64,000 bases of DNA from an uncultured Phycisphaerales bacterium. Lineage in GTDB: Bacteria > Planctomycetota > Phycisphaerae > Tepidisphaerales > Tepidisphaeraceae. Both the position numbers and the translations under genes were made by a program. The notes under the pieces are model-generated. The model saw only the letters and a list, made by a program, of their open reading frames with translations, ran no database searches and was not told where the DNA came from. Location of the stretch: assembly GCA_963755915.1 (NCBI GenBank), contig CAVWLP010000002.1, positions 4,672,001-4,736,000 of the forward strand, given 5' to 3'. Positions 1-9,797 of this stretch are shown here, one piece after another (positions within the stretch are counted from its first letter, which is position 1; each line of letters starts with the position of its first letter).

Positions 1-347
1 AGCTTGCAGGCGGCTTCGTTGGCTTCCAGCCCGCTGTGGCAGAAGAAGGCCTGGCCGGGGAAGGCGTGGCGATTGAGTCGCTCGGCGAATTCGACCTGTG
101 GCAGCGTGTGATACGTGTTCCCAACATGCCAGAGATTTTGCATCTGAGCGCCCGCGGCTTCGATGAGCGCGGGGTGACAATGCCCGAGGATGCAGCCGCC
201 AAATCCGGCGAAGAGATCGAGGTATTGTTTCCCATCCGCGTCCCACAGATCGGACCCGCGGCCGCGCGCCATGACCACGTTCTGGCGGGCGTAATTGCCG
301 ATCAGAACCTTGGTGGCTCGGTCGAGAATCTCGGTGCTGGTAGACAT
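1..347 (-). CDS. argD: Class-III PLP aminotransferase, acetylornithine aminotransferase-like (5' part; runs off window)
   Basis: Manual translation from ATG at 347: MSTSTEILDRATKVLIGNYARQNVVMARGRGSDLWDADGKQYLDLFAGFGGCILGHCHP...FFCHSGLEANEAACK. Absent from the ORF track because it has no stop in the window. Confidence 0.85.
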   Translation of the reverse strand, partial: MSTSTEILDRATKVLIGNYARQNVVMARGRGSDLWDADGKQYLDLFAGFGGCILGHCHPALIEAAGAQMQNLWHVGNTYHTLPQVEFAERLNRHAFPGQAFFCHSGLEANEAACK

Positions 348-400
348 CTGATGGAATCCGGCTTAACAATCAGGATACAAGCGGGTGCTCTGAAAATAAA

Positions 401-968
401 TCAGGCAGGCCTGTCGTTGGAAGTGTGCTCTTCTTCGGAGCTTTCTTCCTCGAAATCGAATTCCAGTGCGCCGGAGCCGGAGGGATGCCCACCATCGGAG
501 ACGGCGTCGAAATTGATGTCATCCGTCGCCGGCGCTTCGGCTGGCGCTGCGGCTCCTTCGCCCGCGTCAGCCTGATCGCCTGAGGCGGGGTGATCGTCCG
601 CGAGAAAATCATCCGCCTCGCCGGTGGCGCCTTCAGCAGGTGCTGCTGCCGGTTGCATGTCTTCATCCGCCGGCACGCCGTCGATCTGAACCATAAAAGT
701 AACCGGCCCGATCTGAACGGTGTCCCCCTGCGCCAAGGGTCGCCTCGCGGACGCGCTGGCCGTTGTGAAAAGTGCCGTTGGAGCTGCCGAGGTCTTCAAG
801 GCGGATCGCGTCGCCGTCACGGATGAGCCGGCAATGCTTTCGTGAGACTTCCCCCAGAGGAATGCGAAGGTCGCAATCTTCACGTCGTCCGACGACGGTC
901 ATATCGCGGACGATGGAAAAACTGCGTCGTTCGCCGTCGGCGCGGAACATGACAAGGACAACCTGCAT
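401..968 (-). CDS. FHA-domain protein with acidic low-complexity C-terminal tail (frameshift near 735)
   Basis: ORF 663-974 has FHA motifs (VGR..CDL, VSRKHC, DLGSSNGT). It continues in ORF 401-883 as GDTVQIGPVTF followed by a D/E-rich tail. Confidence 0.85.
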
Positions 969-1122
969 CGGCAAATACCTCGAGGGGCGAATACCGGAGA
1001 TTACGCTATTACTTTAGTGTCTGAGGGGGGTTTGGGCAACTTTAAATTGGGGGATGTGGAGGTGGGTTATTTCGGGCGCGAGTTTCGCGTTAACCGTGAA
1101 AAAACGTAGGATTTCGGCGGTG

Positions 1123-1416
1123 ATGAGCAGAGCCAAAGGCAGAATTTCGGCGGGTCCCGCAAAGCGACTTCGCTTTGAGAGCGATCGCCTGATCGTTGCC
1201 TTTCAGGATGGGCGCGAAGTTCATGTGCCGTTGCGGCTATACCCCTCGCTCTTGCGTGCCACGCCGGCACAGCGGTCTCGCTGGAGAATGATTGGCCCGG
1301 CCAAGGCATTTCACTGGCCCGACCTGGATTTGGATCTATCGGTCGAGGGATTGATCTCTGGATTGCGGGAAGCGATTCCAGCGCCGCCGCGTGTCAGAGC
1401 ACGCCGGACCGCATAA
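1123..1416 (+). CDS. DUF2442-family protein (putative antitoxin-like)
   Basis: LIVAFQDGREVHVPLRLYPSLLRATPAQRSRW...FHWPDLDLDLSVEGL matches the DUF2442 pattern. Confidence 0.8.
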   Translation: MSRAKGRISAGPAKRLRFESDRLIVAFQDGREVHVPLRLYPSLLRATPAQRSRWRMIGPAKAFHWPDLDLDLSVEGLISGLREAIPAPPRVRARRTA

Positions 1417-1472
1417 GACGATAAACCCCCGTTAATTTCGCCCGGATTTAAGGGGCGGTTACCATACCTCAC

Positions 1473-2974
1473 GTGCTCGCCACCGTACATTCCTTCGTCC
1501 TGACAGGAATCGACGCGATCCTTTGTGAAGTCGAGGCGGATGTCAGTCAGCGCGGCCTTTCCAGAACGATCATCGTCGGCCTCGCCCAGACCGCCGTGAA
1601 GGAATCGATCGAGCGCGTGCGCCGCGCGATGATCAATGCCGGCTTTCCGTTCCCCGGCCATGGAAAGCTGATCAATCTCGCACCGGCGGATGTGAAGAAG
1701 GAGGGCCCTAGCCTCGATTTGCCGATCGCGGTTGGACTGCTGCGCGCGAGTGGGTCGATTGAGACCGATGTGCATAAACAGTTCGTGATCGCGGGCGAGC
1801 TCGCGCTCGACGGCCGGCTGCGGAAAATCAAAGGCGCCCTTTCCCTGGCGATGCTCGCCAAAGAGAAAAAGCTGCGGGGGGTAATTTTGCCCGCGGAAAA
1901 TGCCCGCGAGGCGGCGGTTGTCGAGGGGGTTGAAGTGTATCCGATCTCGCATCTTTCGCAGGCTGTTTCGTTTTTGAACGAGCGATTGCCGATCGAGGCG
2001 TATGAGTTGGATGGCGAGGCCTACACGGCTTCGGCGATATCGCCTGATCTGGATTTCGCCGATGTGCGCGGGCAGGAGGCGGTGAAGCGCGCGATTACCG
2101 TTGCCGCGGCTGGAAGTCATAACCTGCTCATGATCGGCCCCCCCGGCACTGGCAAGACAATGCTCGCCCAGCGCATGGCCGGCGTTCTGCCTATGCTGTC
2201 GCGCAGCGAGTCGCTGGAGACCACGCGGATTTATTCCGCACTCGGCCTGCTCCCCGAAGGCGTCGCGCTCATGGACGAACGCCCGGTGCGAATGCCCCAC
2301 CATTCCGCCACCGCCCAGGCCCTCATCGGCGGCGGAACCATCCCCCGCCCCGGCGAAGTTTCCCTGGCACATCACGGAATTCTATTCCTCGACGAGCTGC
2401 CCGAATTTGCCCGCTATGTCCTCGAGACACTTCGGCAGCCCCTGGAAAGCGGCGAGGTAACCATCTCGCGCGCCTATGGCTCGATGCGCTTCCCCGCCCG
2501 TTTCATGATGGTCGCCGCGATGAATCCGACCGCACGGGGATTCCAGTCGGATAACCCCCGCGCCCGCGACCGCTATCTCGACAAACTCAGCGGCCCGCTC
2601 CTCGATCGCATCGATATGCACGTCGAAGTCCCGGCCGTTCCCTATCCGGAACTAACCGGCAAAAACCGCGGCACCGACACCCAGACAATGCGCACCCGCG
2701 TACAGGGGCGCGAGAGATCCAGCGCAAGCGATTCGGAAATGCCATGCTCAATGCCCACATGGGATCAAAGCAGCTCAAATCCTTCTGCGAGCTTTCCGCC
2801 GGGTGCCTGATGCTGATGAAGCAGGCGATGAATGAGCTGGGGCTGAGCGCGCGTGCGTATGACAAGGTGAGGCGCGTGGGGCGGACGATCGCTGATCTGG
2901 AGCAAGCCGACGAGATTCAGGAGCATCACCTGGCGGAGGCGATTCAGTATCGGTTGTTGGATAGGAGGGGGTAA
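1473..2974 (+). CDS. comM: YifB/ComM family Mg-chelatase-like AAA+ ATPase (frameshift near 2705)
   Basis: INLAPADVKKEG, GELALDG, Walker A GPPGTGKT, PGEVSLAHHGILFLDE, LSGPLLDRID. The C-terminus (LSARAYDKVRRVGRTIADL) is in ORF 2744-2974. Confidence 0.9.
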
Positions 2975-2984
2975 AAAGGGTGGA

Positions 2985-3069
2985 CTTCGCGCTTTTGCGC
3001 CTTCGAGGTAAACTTTGCGAAGATGGCAACCGCAAAGATGTTAACCGCCAAGACGCCAAGAGCGCCAAG
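2985..3069. repeat. Inverted pair of short-period (about 9 bp, CGCnAAG) intergenic repeats, REP/REPIN-like
   Basis: The reverse complement of 2985-3012 (tttacctcgaaggcgcaaaagcgcgaag) resembles 3041-3069 (ttaaccgccaagacgccaagagcgccaag). Confidence 0.55.
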
Positions 3070-3079
3070 AAAATGCGCA

Positions 3080-4897
3080 ATGCGATGGAGTTGGATCGTC
3101 CCGATTCTATTAATCGCAACAATTCGTTCCTTCGCCGACGTGGTCTATGTCAGCCCCACCGGCGACGACTCCGCGACCGGCGATGCAACCCACCCTTTCC
3201 AGACCATCTCCCGCGCCGCGCAGTGGGCCAAGGCCGGTGATACCGTTCTGATTGCGCCGGGCACTTATCGCGAAACTGTATTTCTGACGCATTCGGGCAC
3301 GCAGGCGCAGCCGATTACTTTTGCGGCGCAGAAAGAGGGGACCGCCATTGTCAGCGCTGCCGATCCGCTGACGGTTTGGACGCCGGTGGTTTCCAGGCCG
3401 GGTCCATACCTTGCTGACTGGCCCTACGATTTCATCATCGATCATAATCCCGACGGCTCCCCCGTTCGCGATCACGGCGCCCCCGCGCCGATAGGCTGTG
3501 CCGAGCAGATTCTCTTCGAGGGACATCCCCTGCGCCAGGTCATGAACAACGACGACCTTGCCCCCGGAACCTTTTACATCGACTGGCAGTTTCACACCCT
3601 CGCTCTCTGGCTGCCCGGAAGCATGGATCCGCGCAATACCGATGTGGAAGGCAGCGTGCGCGAATACACGCTCTCCCCGCTCGAGCAGAACAATAATTTC
3701 TCCGACGTGCGCTATATCACCCTCCGCGGCCTCACTTTCCGCGATACCGCCAACTTCGCCCAGCGCGGCGGGATGATCCTCGGCACCGGCTGGCATGCCG
3801 AGCACTGCATCGTCGAGGGCGACAACGCCGGTGGAATGAGCCTCAACGGCGATCACATTCTCGTCGACCATTGCACCCTCCAGTACAACGGATTCTGCGG
3901 CCTCAGCGGCTCCGGAAATTTTAACACCATCCAGGACTGCATCGTTCGCGGGAACAACTGGAAAGGATTCCCCCCTTCCTGGGAAGGCGGCGGTGGAAAA
4001 TTCTGCCAGACCGATCACCTCACCGTCACCCGCCACCAGAGCTACGACAACACCGGACCGGGCCTGTGGCTCGATATCGACAACACCAATTACTCCATCA
4101 CCGATTCCATCTTCCACGGCAACCACGGACTTGCCGCCGACTGGGAAGGCAGCGGAATCGACCTGGAAATCGGCCACGGCCCGGGTCTTGTGGAACGAAA
4201 TATTATTTATTCGAACACCGGCGCCGGAATTCTGCTCGCCGAGAGCGAACATATCACCGTTCAGTCCAACACCTTCGATGACAACACCAAGGGCGTGGAA
4301 CTGCGGGCAATGCCGAACCGCGACAATCACATTCTTAAGGGAATCGAGATCACCCAGAACCGCTTCAAGGAATGGCGCGGAGGCGCGATCGTAACGAGCC
4401 TGGGAGACTGGTCGCCTGCCTCGGTGACGCAGCGCGAAATCCAGATTGACCAGAATGTGTACGACCCCGTGGCCGGCCGGCCGTTTTTTACCTGGGGCGA
4501 TGCGTCGCTGGGTTCCCTCGACGAGATTCGCTCGGTGCTTGGCGTCGATAAGAATAGCTCGATGGGCCAGATCGATTTTCAGTATCCGCTCCAGGATGCG
4601 AAAACCGTAACCGATCCCGATCGCCCAACGATCGCCAGGGCGTTGAAATCAGCCGCGGTAGGCACCGAAGTCCTGATTCCTGCCGCATGCCGCTCCCCGA
4701 TTTTTCAGGATGGGACGTGCGCGATTTATGACAGCGATAATCATTGCCTGATGCTCGCCGTGCCTACGGATTTGCGGCCGAGATTGGAAGAGGGCGTGGG
4801 TGTCTGGCCTGCAACCGTGCCCGTCTCTCTGCAGGTCCGCATCGACCGCAATACGGTGGATCACGATATCCGCGCCACCCTGGTGGAGATCAAGTAG
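3080..4897 (+). CDS. Secreted right-handed parallel beta-helix protein (DUF1565/pectate-lyase-like fold)
   Basis: Signal peptide MRWSWIVPILLIATIRSFA; YVSPTGDD..G..HPFQTISRAA..AGDTV.I.PGTYRE; repeated N-ladder motifs (NGFCG, NNWKG, DNTGPGLW). Confidence 0.85.
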   Translation: MRWSWIVPILLIATIRSFADVVYVSPTGDDSATGDATHPFQTISRAAQWAKAGDTVLIAPGTYRETVFLTHSGTQAQPITFAAQKEGTAIVSAADPLTVWTPVVSRPGPYLADWPYDFIIDHNPDGSPVRDHGAPAPIGCAEQILFEGHPLRQVMNNDDLAPGTFYIDWQFHTLALWLPGSMDPRNTDVEGSVREYTLSPLEQNNNFSDVRYITLRGLTFRDTANFAQRGGMILGTGWHAEHCIVEGDNAGGMSLNGDHILVDHCTLQYNGFCGLSGSGNFNTIQDCIVRGNNWKGFPPSWEGGGGKFCQTDHLTVTRHQSYDNTGPGLWLDIDNTNYSITDSIFHGNHGLAADWEGSGIDLEIGHGPGLVERNIIYSNTGAGILLAESEHITVQSNTFDDNTKGVELRAMPNRDNHILKGIEITQNRFKEWRGGAIVTSLGDWSPASVTQREIQIDQNVYDPVAGRPFFTWGDASLGSLDEIRSVLGVDKNSSMGQIDFQYPLQDAKTVTDPDRPTIARALKSAAVGTEVLIPAACRSPIFQDGTCAIYDSDNHCLMLAVPTDLRPRLEEGVGVWPATVPVSLQVRIDRNTVDHDIRATLVEIK

Positions 4898-4918
4898 CCA
4901 GTGAATTCCCCCATCCGC

Positions 4919-4943
4919 GCAAGTTTCGGCCCCCTTGCGCGTC
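4919..4943 (+). promoter_or_regulatory. Putative ECF-type autoregulatory promoter (GCAAG-N16-CGTC)
   Basis: gcaag tttcggcccccttgcg cgtc lies directly upstream of ATGs at 4955/4964 of the ECF sigma gene. Confidence 0.4.
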
Positions 4944-4963
4944 TTATCTGGTGGATGTCAATC

Positions 4964-6841
4964 ATGGATTGCACTCAAACCAACACCAGCCAATCGGTCG
5001 CACCCGACGAAACCCTTGTCGACCTCGCCCGGAGAGGCGATTCCGCAGCGTTCGCCCAGCTTGTCAACCGGCATTTCGGCACCGTCTGGGCCATCGTCCA
5101 TTCGCGAGTAAGCCAACGTGAATCGGCCGAGGACGTTGTGCAGGAGGTCTTCATTTTGGCCCTGCTGCACCTGCAAACCCTCTCCGATCCCCGGCGGTTT
5201 GGCGGGTGGATCTCCAGAATCGCCCGACACCGCGCTTTGGACGCGATTCGCCACGGGGCCAGGTCGCGCATCGTGTCGATGGTCCCTTTCGATCGCATGC
5301 TGGAAGTGCAGGCAAACACCGAATCCGACGATGTGGAGCGAGCTATGGAAAAGGGTGAAGCCACCGCGGCCGTGCGAAACGCGATCCGGGCGCTCCCGGA
5401 AGCGCAGCGTGAAATTGTCCTTTTGCATTTCACCGAAGGGCTAAACAAAAAAGAGATCGCCGACCGGCTTGAGGTGCATCCGGCCACGGTTGGCAGACAG
5501 CTGACGCGGGCCCTGGATTCGATGCGGGTGCCCCTTCGTCAATTCTCGGGCGAGCCGCGCGAGCTGCTCGCCGCCCGCGGCTTGGCGCGGACTTCCACTT
5601 TGGCCCTCATCGCGGCCGTTGGGGTGATGTCGGCGATCGAGCGTTCGCGGCTCGTCGAAGCGTCCGGCGGCGTGTCGGCCCTCGGGCCCGCCGCCGCGGC
5701 GGTTAAAACAGGTTCAACTATTACTGGAGGATGGATCATGGCAGCAAAACTCTCCGTCGCGGCGGCAGCTCTGGCGGCCATCGCCGGTGTCGTGGGACTC
5801 ACGGTCTACAAAGTCGTCGCCGACGATGGCTCCGGCGCTACTGCTGCTCCGCAGCAGGTCAACTCTGCGCCGAGTCTGCTGGACGTCGAAGTCGTGGAAC
5901 AGGAAGGATGGAAATTATTCGCCGCGAAAAAGTTCGACCTGGCCGAAGCGAAATTCACCGCGGCGATCCAGCTCGATCCAGCCACCGCCGATGCCTGGAA
6001 CGGACTTGGATGGTGCCAGTTTAACGAGGGTTTGCTCGACAAGGCAGAAGCCTCGCTGAATAAATGCCTCGCCCTCGATCCGCAGCACTTCGCCGCATTT
6101 AACGGCCTTGGCTGGATCTACTTTAATCGCCAGAAACTCGATCAGGCAGAAAAATATTTCCTCAAGGCCGCCCCACGGGCGGAAGCATCGTGGTGGGGAC
6201 TGACCAAGATCTATCTTCTGCAAAGCAAGTGGGACGACGCGGCCAAATACGCAAGTCAGATCATCAACGCCGGGCAAATATCCGACGCGGATATGAAAGA
6301 TGCCAAGGCAATGCTCAAGGCGGCCCAGGACCGGAATCTGCCCGAGGACGTTCGGGGGGAAATCTCGCCGGATTCGAGCGTGGTTTCACCTGCGGTGCAG
6401 CAGGGTTGGATGCAAATGAATCGCGGAAATATGCAGGCGGCCAGACGCTTATTCGAGCAGGCGCTTGCCGACTCCCCGAATGACGCCAACGCCCTTAACG
6501 GAATGGGCTGGCTGAATCTGCGTACCGGCCAAACCGAAGATGCCAAATCAAATTTCGAGGCAGCCGTGAAAAATAATCCCCAAGCCTGGGGCGCAGTCAA
6601 CGGCCTTGCCCTGGTCGACAAGCGGCAGGGCCGCCTAGATGACGCGATTTCACTCTGGCAGCGCATGGTCGCCAGCCTGCCTACGGTGAACGCCGGAACC
6701 TACGGATTGGCCAACGCCTACATGGCCAAAAGGGATTTCGCGCAGGCGGTCCCGCTTTGGCAGGAGATCGTGGATGCCGATCCAAACAATCCGGATGCGA
6801 AAACGAACCTGGAGCGTGCGAAAGTGCGGGCGGGGCAGTGA
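4964..6841 (+). CDS. ECF sigma factor with C-terminal extension: transmembrane helix plus periplasmic TPR array
   Basis: Sigma2 (AEDVVQEVFI..L..L.DP.RFGGWISRIARH), sigma4 (LPEAQREIVLLH..EGL...EIA), a hydrophobic segment, then multiple TPRs (AWNGLGW, ALNGMGW). The start could be 4901, 4955 or 4964. Confidence 0.88.
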   Translation: MDCTQTNTSQSVAPDETLVDLARRGDSAAFAQLVNRHFGTVWAIVHSRVSQRESAEDVVQEVFILALLHLQTLSDPRRFGGWISRIARHRALDAIRHGARSRIVSMVPFDRMLEVQANTESDDVERAMEKGEATAAVRNAIRALPEAQREIVLLHFTEGLNKKEIADRLEVHPATVGRQLTRALDSMRVPLRQFSGEPRELLAARGLARTSTLALIAAVGVMSAIERSRLVEASGGVSALGPAAAAVKTGSTITGGWIMAAKLSVAAAALAAIAGVVGLTVYKVVADDGSGATAAPQQVNSAPSLLDVEVVEQEGWKLFAAKKFDLAEAKFTAAIQLDPATADAWNGLGWCQFNEGLLDKAEASLNKCLALDPQHFAAFNGLGWIYFNRQKLDQAEKYFLKAAPRAEASWWGLTKIYLLQSKWDDAAKYASQIINAGQISDADMKDAKAMLKAAQDRNLPEDVRGEISPDSSVVSPAVQQGWMQMNRGNMQAARRLFEQALADSPNDANALNGMGWLNLRTGQTEDAKSNFEAAVKNNPQAWGAVNGLALVDKRQGRLDDAISLWQRMVASLPTVNAGTYGLANAYMAKRDFAQAVPLWQEIVDADPNNPDAKTNLERAKVRAGQ

Positions 6842-6985
6842 AATCGCAAAACCGCCCAAATTTTTCCTCTTTTTCCCTGGACGATTTGGGGAAGCCGGAA
6901 AGTGGAGGTGGGGAGGGCTCCCGCTGTTTCAAGTCCCGCCCCGAAAGTCATTCATCCCGCCACCTGGGCTATACTTCCCCCTCGG

Positions 6986-8875
6986 ATGACGCCGGATTCA
7001 CCCATACAGCCGACGGTCGAGCAGGCAATGGCCCTCGCCTTGCAGAAACACCAGGCGGGGAATCTCTCGGACGCCGAACAAATTTACCGCGATGTGCTCA
7101 GCCGCGAGCCGGGGAATTTCCAGGCGCTGCATCTCCTGGGGATCGTTGCTTTTCACACCGGGCGGACCGATCTGGCCATCGAAATGATCGGCCGGGCAAT
7201 TGTAATTTCCCCCGGCGTGGCGGCGCTCCATTCGAATCTCGGAAACGCCCTGCGGCAGAAGCGGCGGCTTGATGACGCCGCCAACGCCTACCGCGAAGCA
7301 ATTCGAATCGATCCCAACTTTGCCGCAGCCCACATCAACCTCGGGAACATCCTGCTCGAAACGGGAAAATTTGGCGAGGCGATTCAAGCGTACCGGACCG
7401 GACTCAAGCTTGCCCCTGAAAATGCGGCGGCGCATTACAACCTCGGCATCGCCCTGCGCAAATCCGGACTTCTCGATGATGCCGCCACGGCCTATCGCCA
7501 GGCGATTAAGCTCAAGCCCGATCAGTCCGAGGTCTTCCATGAACTGGGGCTGGTGCTCCGCGATCAGGGATTGCACGATGAAACGATCGCGGCAGCGCAC
7601 CGCGCCGTCGCGCTGAAGCCGCACTCGCCCGAATTCCACAGCAATTTGATTTTGAGGCTGCATTATCACCAGGAATCGACGCCGGCATCGCTGCTGGAGG
7701 AAGCGCGCCAGTGGGGGCGAAAACATGCGGCGAAGTTTGCCCAAGCGGCCCGACCGCATTCGAATGACCCCAATCCAGATCGCCCATTGAAGGTCGGCTA
7801 CGTCTCCCCGGATTTTCGCAACCATCCCGTCGGGCGATTTATTTTGCCGCTGATGCAGCGGCACGATGCCCGGCAGTTTCAGATCCATTGTTACGCGCGC
7901 ACGGACGGAGAAGATGAGATGACCCGGCGAATTCGGTCATGCGCTCGCGTTTGGCGCGATACGGGCGGGATGAATAATGACCGGCTCGCGGAGCAGATTC
8001 GCGAGGATGGGGTTGATATTCTCGTCGATCTCTCATCCCACACGGCGTTCAATCGGCTGCTGGTCTTTGCCCGCAAACCCGCGCCCGTGCAGGTGACATA
8101 TCTCGCGTACCCGGGGACCACCGGAATCGAGATGATGGATTATCGGATAACCGATGCCTCTCTCGATCCCCCAGGGATTTCAGAGGAGTTTTATTGCGAA
8201 AAATCTGTCCGGCTAGAGAGTTATTGGTGCTACCGACCCCCGATTGAGGATTTGGAGGTGACCGCGCCTCCGGCGGCGAGCGCGGGGTTTGTAACCTTCG
8301 GGTGTTTGAATGCCTTTCGGAAGCTCACCGCGGCCACGCTCGAAACCTGGTCCGCGGTGTTGTCGGCCGCCAGCCATTCGCAAATGCTCATCCACGCAGA
8401 GGCGGGGAGCCATCGCCGCCGCGTGCAGGACTTTTTCCAGAGCCGAGGAATCGATCCGCAGCGAATTGTCTTTACGGCGATGCTGCCTCTCGAGAAGTAC
8501 ATGCGGCAATACTCTCGGATTGATATTGCCCTCGATCCCTTTCCGTTTGGCGGCGGAACGACGACGTGTGACGCACTTTGGATGGGCGTGCCCGTGATCA
8601 CCCTGGCCGGCCGGACCGCGGTGGGGCGCGGCGGCGTCAGCATCCTTTCAAATGCCGGCTTTGCAGACTTTATCGCCAGAGACACCGCGGATTACATACG
8701 ACGCGCGGTCGAGCTCGCAGGCGATTTGCGGCATTTGAAGGAACTGCGGTCGAATCAGCGCGAGAGAATGCACCATTCGCGGTTAATGGATGAGCGCAGA
8801 TTCGTATCCGATTTTGAGTCGGCCCTGAGATGGATGTGGCAAGAGTGGTGTAAATCGCCGCGTAAGAGGCTGTAG
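6986..8875 (+). CDS. TPR-containing O-GlcNAc-transferase/SPINDLY-like protein (GT41)
   Basis: TPR array followed by KVGYVSPDFRNHPVG, DILVDLSSHT, KPAPVQVTYLAYPGTTG, DIALDPFPFGGGTTTCDALWMGVPV. Confidence 0.92.
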   Translation: MTPDSPIQPTVEQAMALALQKHQAGNLSDAEQIYRDVLSREPGNFQALHLLGIVAFHTGRTDLAIEMIGRAIVISPGVAALHSNLGNALRQKRRLDDAANAYREAIRIDPNFAAAHINLGNILLETGKFGEAIQAYRTGLKLAPENAAAHYNLGIALRKSGLLDDAATAYRQAIKLKPDQSEVFHELGLVLRDQGLHDETIAAAHRAVALKPHSPEFHSNLILRLHYHQESTPASLLEEARQWGRKHAAKFAQAARPHSNDPNPDRPLKVGYVSPDFRNHPVGRFILPLMQRHDARQFQIHCYARTDGEDEMTRRIRSCARVWRDTGGMNNDRLAEQIREDGVDILVDLSSHTAFNRLLVFARKPAPVQVTYLAYPGTTGIEMMDYRITDASLDPPGISEEFYCEKSVRLESYWCYRPPIEDLEVTAPPAASAGFVTFGCLNAFRKLTAATLETWSAVLSAASHSQMLIHAEAGSHRRRVQDFFQSRGIDPQRIVFTAMLPLEKYMRQYSRIDIALDPFPFGGGTTTCDALWMGVPVITLAGRTAVGRGGVSILSNAGFADFIARDTADYIRRAVELAGDLRHLKELRSNQRERMHHSRLMDERRFVSDFESALRWMWQEWCKSPRKRL

Positions 8876-8921
8876 CCCAACCCGGTAATTTCATCTGCGG
8901 ATTGGCTTTCATGCTTTCCGG

Positions 8922-9236
8922 CTACGCCTCGCCCATGCGTGGCTGTCTCGCACCGTGCCGAAAATTCACCACCTCGACGATACGAGCGGCATCGTTCACT
9001 TCGTAGTGGACCAGGTAGGTGTTCTCGAACACCATCTTGTGAATCCTGCCACCGATACGGGCGCACGCGTCCTCGTCGATGGCATGGCCGTGGAATTCCC
9101 CCAAACCTTCAATCGCGGCCAGCAACCGATCTTCCCACGCCAATGCATTCTCGATTGAATCCTCTGCGATGAAAAGCGTTTGCTCACGAATTTTGGCCAG
9201 CGTCGATTCGGCGATTTGAACCTGCAGTCGCTTCAC
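8922..9236 (-). CDS. Type II toxin, RelE/ParE family
   Basis: 104 aa; IAEDSIENA..W...L..AIEGL, YLVHYEV..., VVNFRHGAR. 4-nt overlap with the antitoxin. Confidence 0.85.
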   Translation of the reverse strand: MKRLQVQIAESTLAKIREQTLFIAEDSIENALAWEDRLLAAIEGLGEFHGHAIDEDACARIGGRIHKMVFENTYLVHYEVNDAARIVEVVNFRHGARQPRMGEA

Positions 9237-9556
9237 TTGGCCCCGTCACGCTTGGTCCCGTTACGCTTGGCCTTCAATGCCGTCAGTTCCGTCCGAAGTT
9301 GGGCAAACGCGGCACGAACATCCTTGCCTTTGCCATCTTTGAATTCCTGGCGGGCGAGCTGGATGGCGGCGATATCGCGGGCAAGCAAAACCTCACGAGC
9401 CATCGCATCGTACGCGGCAGGCGACAAGAGCACCGCCCGGGCTTCGCCGTTCACGGTGATGATTTCCGCCTCGCCTGTCTCATTCAGCCGGTCGAGCGTT
9501 TCTCCCGCTTTGTGACGGAAATCAGACAGCGACTGCGTGTGTTCAGTGGACAGCAT
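9233..9556 (-). CDS. Type II antitoxin, Phd/YefM family
   Basis: SLSDFR..AGE.LDRL..TGE.EIITVNGEARAVLLS..AYD. Confidence 0.88.
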   Translation of the reverse strand: MLSTEHTQSLSDFRHKAGETLDRLNETGEAEIITVNGEARAVLLSPAAYDAMAREVLLARDIAAIQLARQEFKDGKGKDVRAAFAQLRTELTALKAKRNGTKRDGAK

Positions 9557-9573
9557 TTACCTCGCTCGCAATT

Positions 9574-9606
9574 GGGATAATGAATTAGTTATAAATTCAT
9601 TATCCC
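9574..9606. promoter_or_regulatory. Perfect 13-bp inverted repeat, likely operator of the phd-parE module
   Basis: gggataatgaatt-agttata-aattcattatccc, 18 nt upstream of the antitoxin start. Confidence 0.7.
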
Positions 9607-9667
9607 TTCACCGCGCTGAAAAGGCAACATTCCCGTTGTCCGGCATCGAAAAAAAGCCAGAACCCCC

Positions 9668-9702
9668 TGATATCAACGCCATCAATGATTTCGTTGATAT
9701 CA
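9668..9702. other. 11-bp perfect inverted repeat/hairpin (terminator or protein-binding site)
   Basis: tgatatcaacg-N13-cgttgatatca, downstream of the HD-GYP stop. Confidence 0.45.
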
Positions 9703-9722
9703 CGAAAACCACGTACTCAACC

Positions 9723-9787
9723 TACCCAGGCCCCCCAGCTTATTGCAGAGTGTAAAGTTTTGTATTGCATCACCCGACGCCCAAAAA
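9723..9787 (+). repeat. Copy 1 of a 65-bp dispersed intergenic element
   Basis: 51/65 ungapped identity (manual alignment) to the reverse complement of 34792-34856. Confidence 0.8.
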
Positions 9788-9797
9788 TTAGGAGGCA

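Noticed and set aside
1311-2375. Long antisense ORFs (also 3110-4330, 11642-12769, 16682-18109, 43130-44245 and others)
   Set aside because: They are shadow frames of well-supported genes, expected in high-GC DNA, and carry no motifs.
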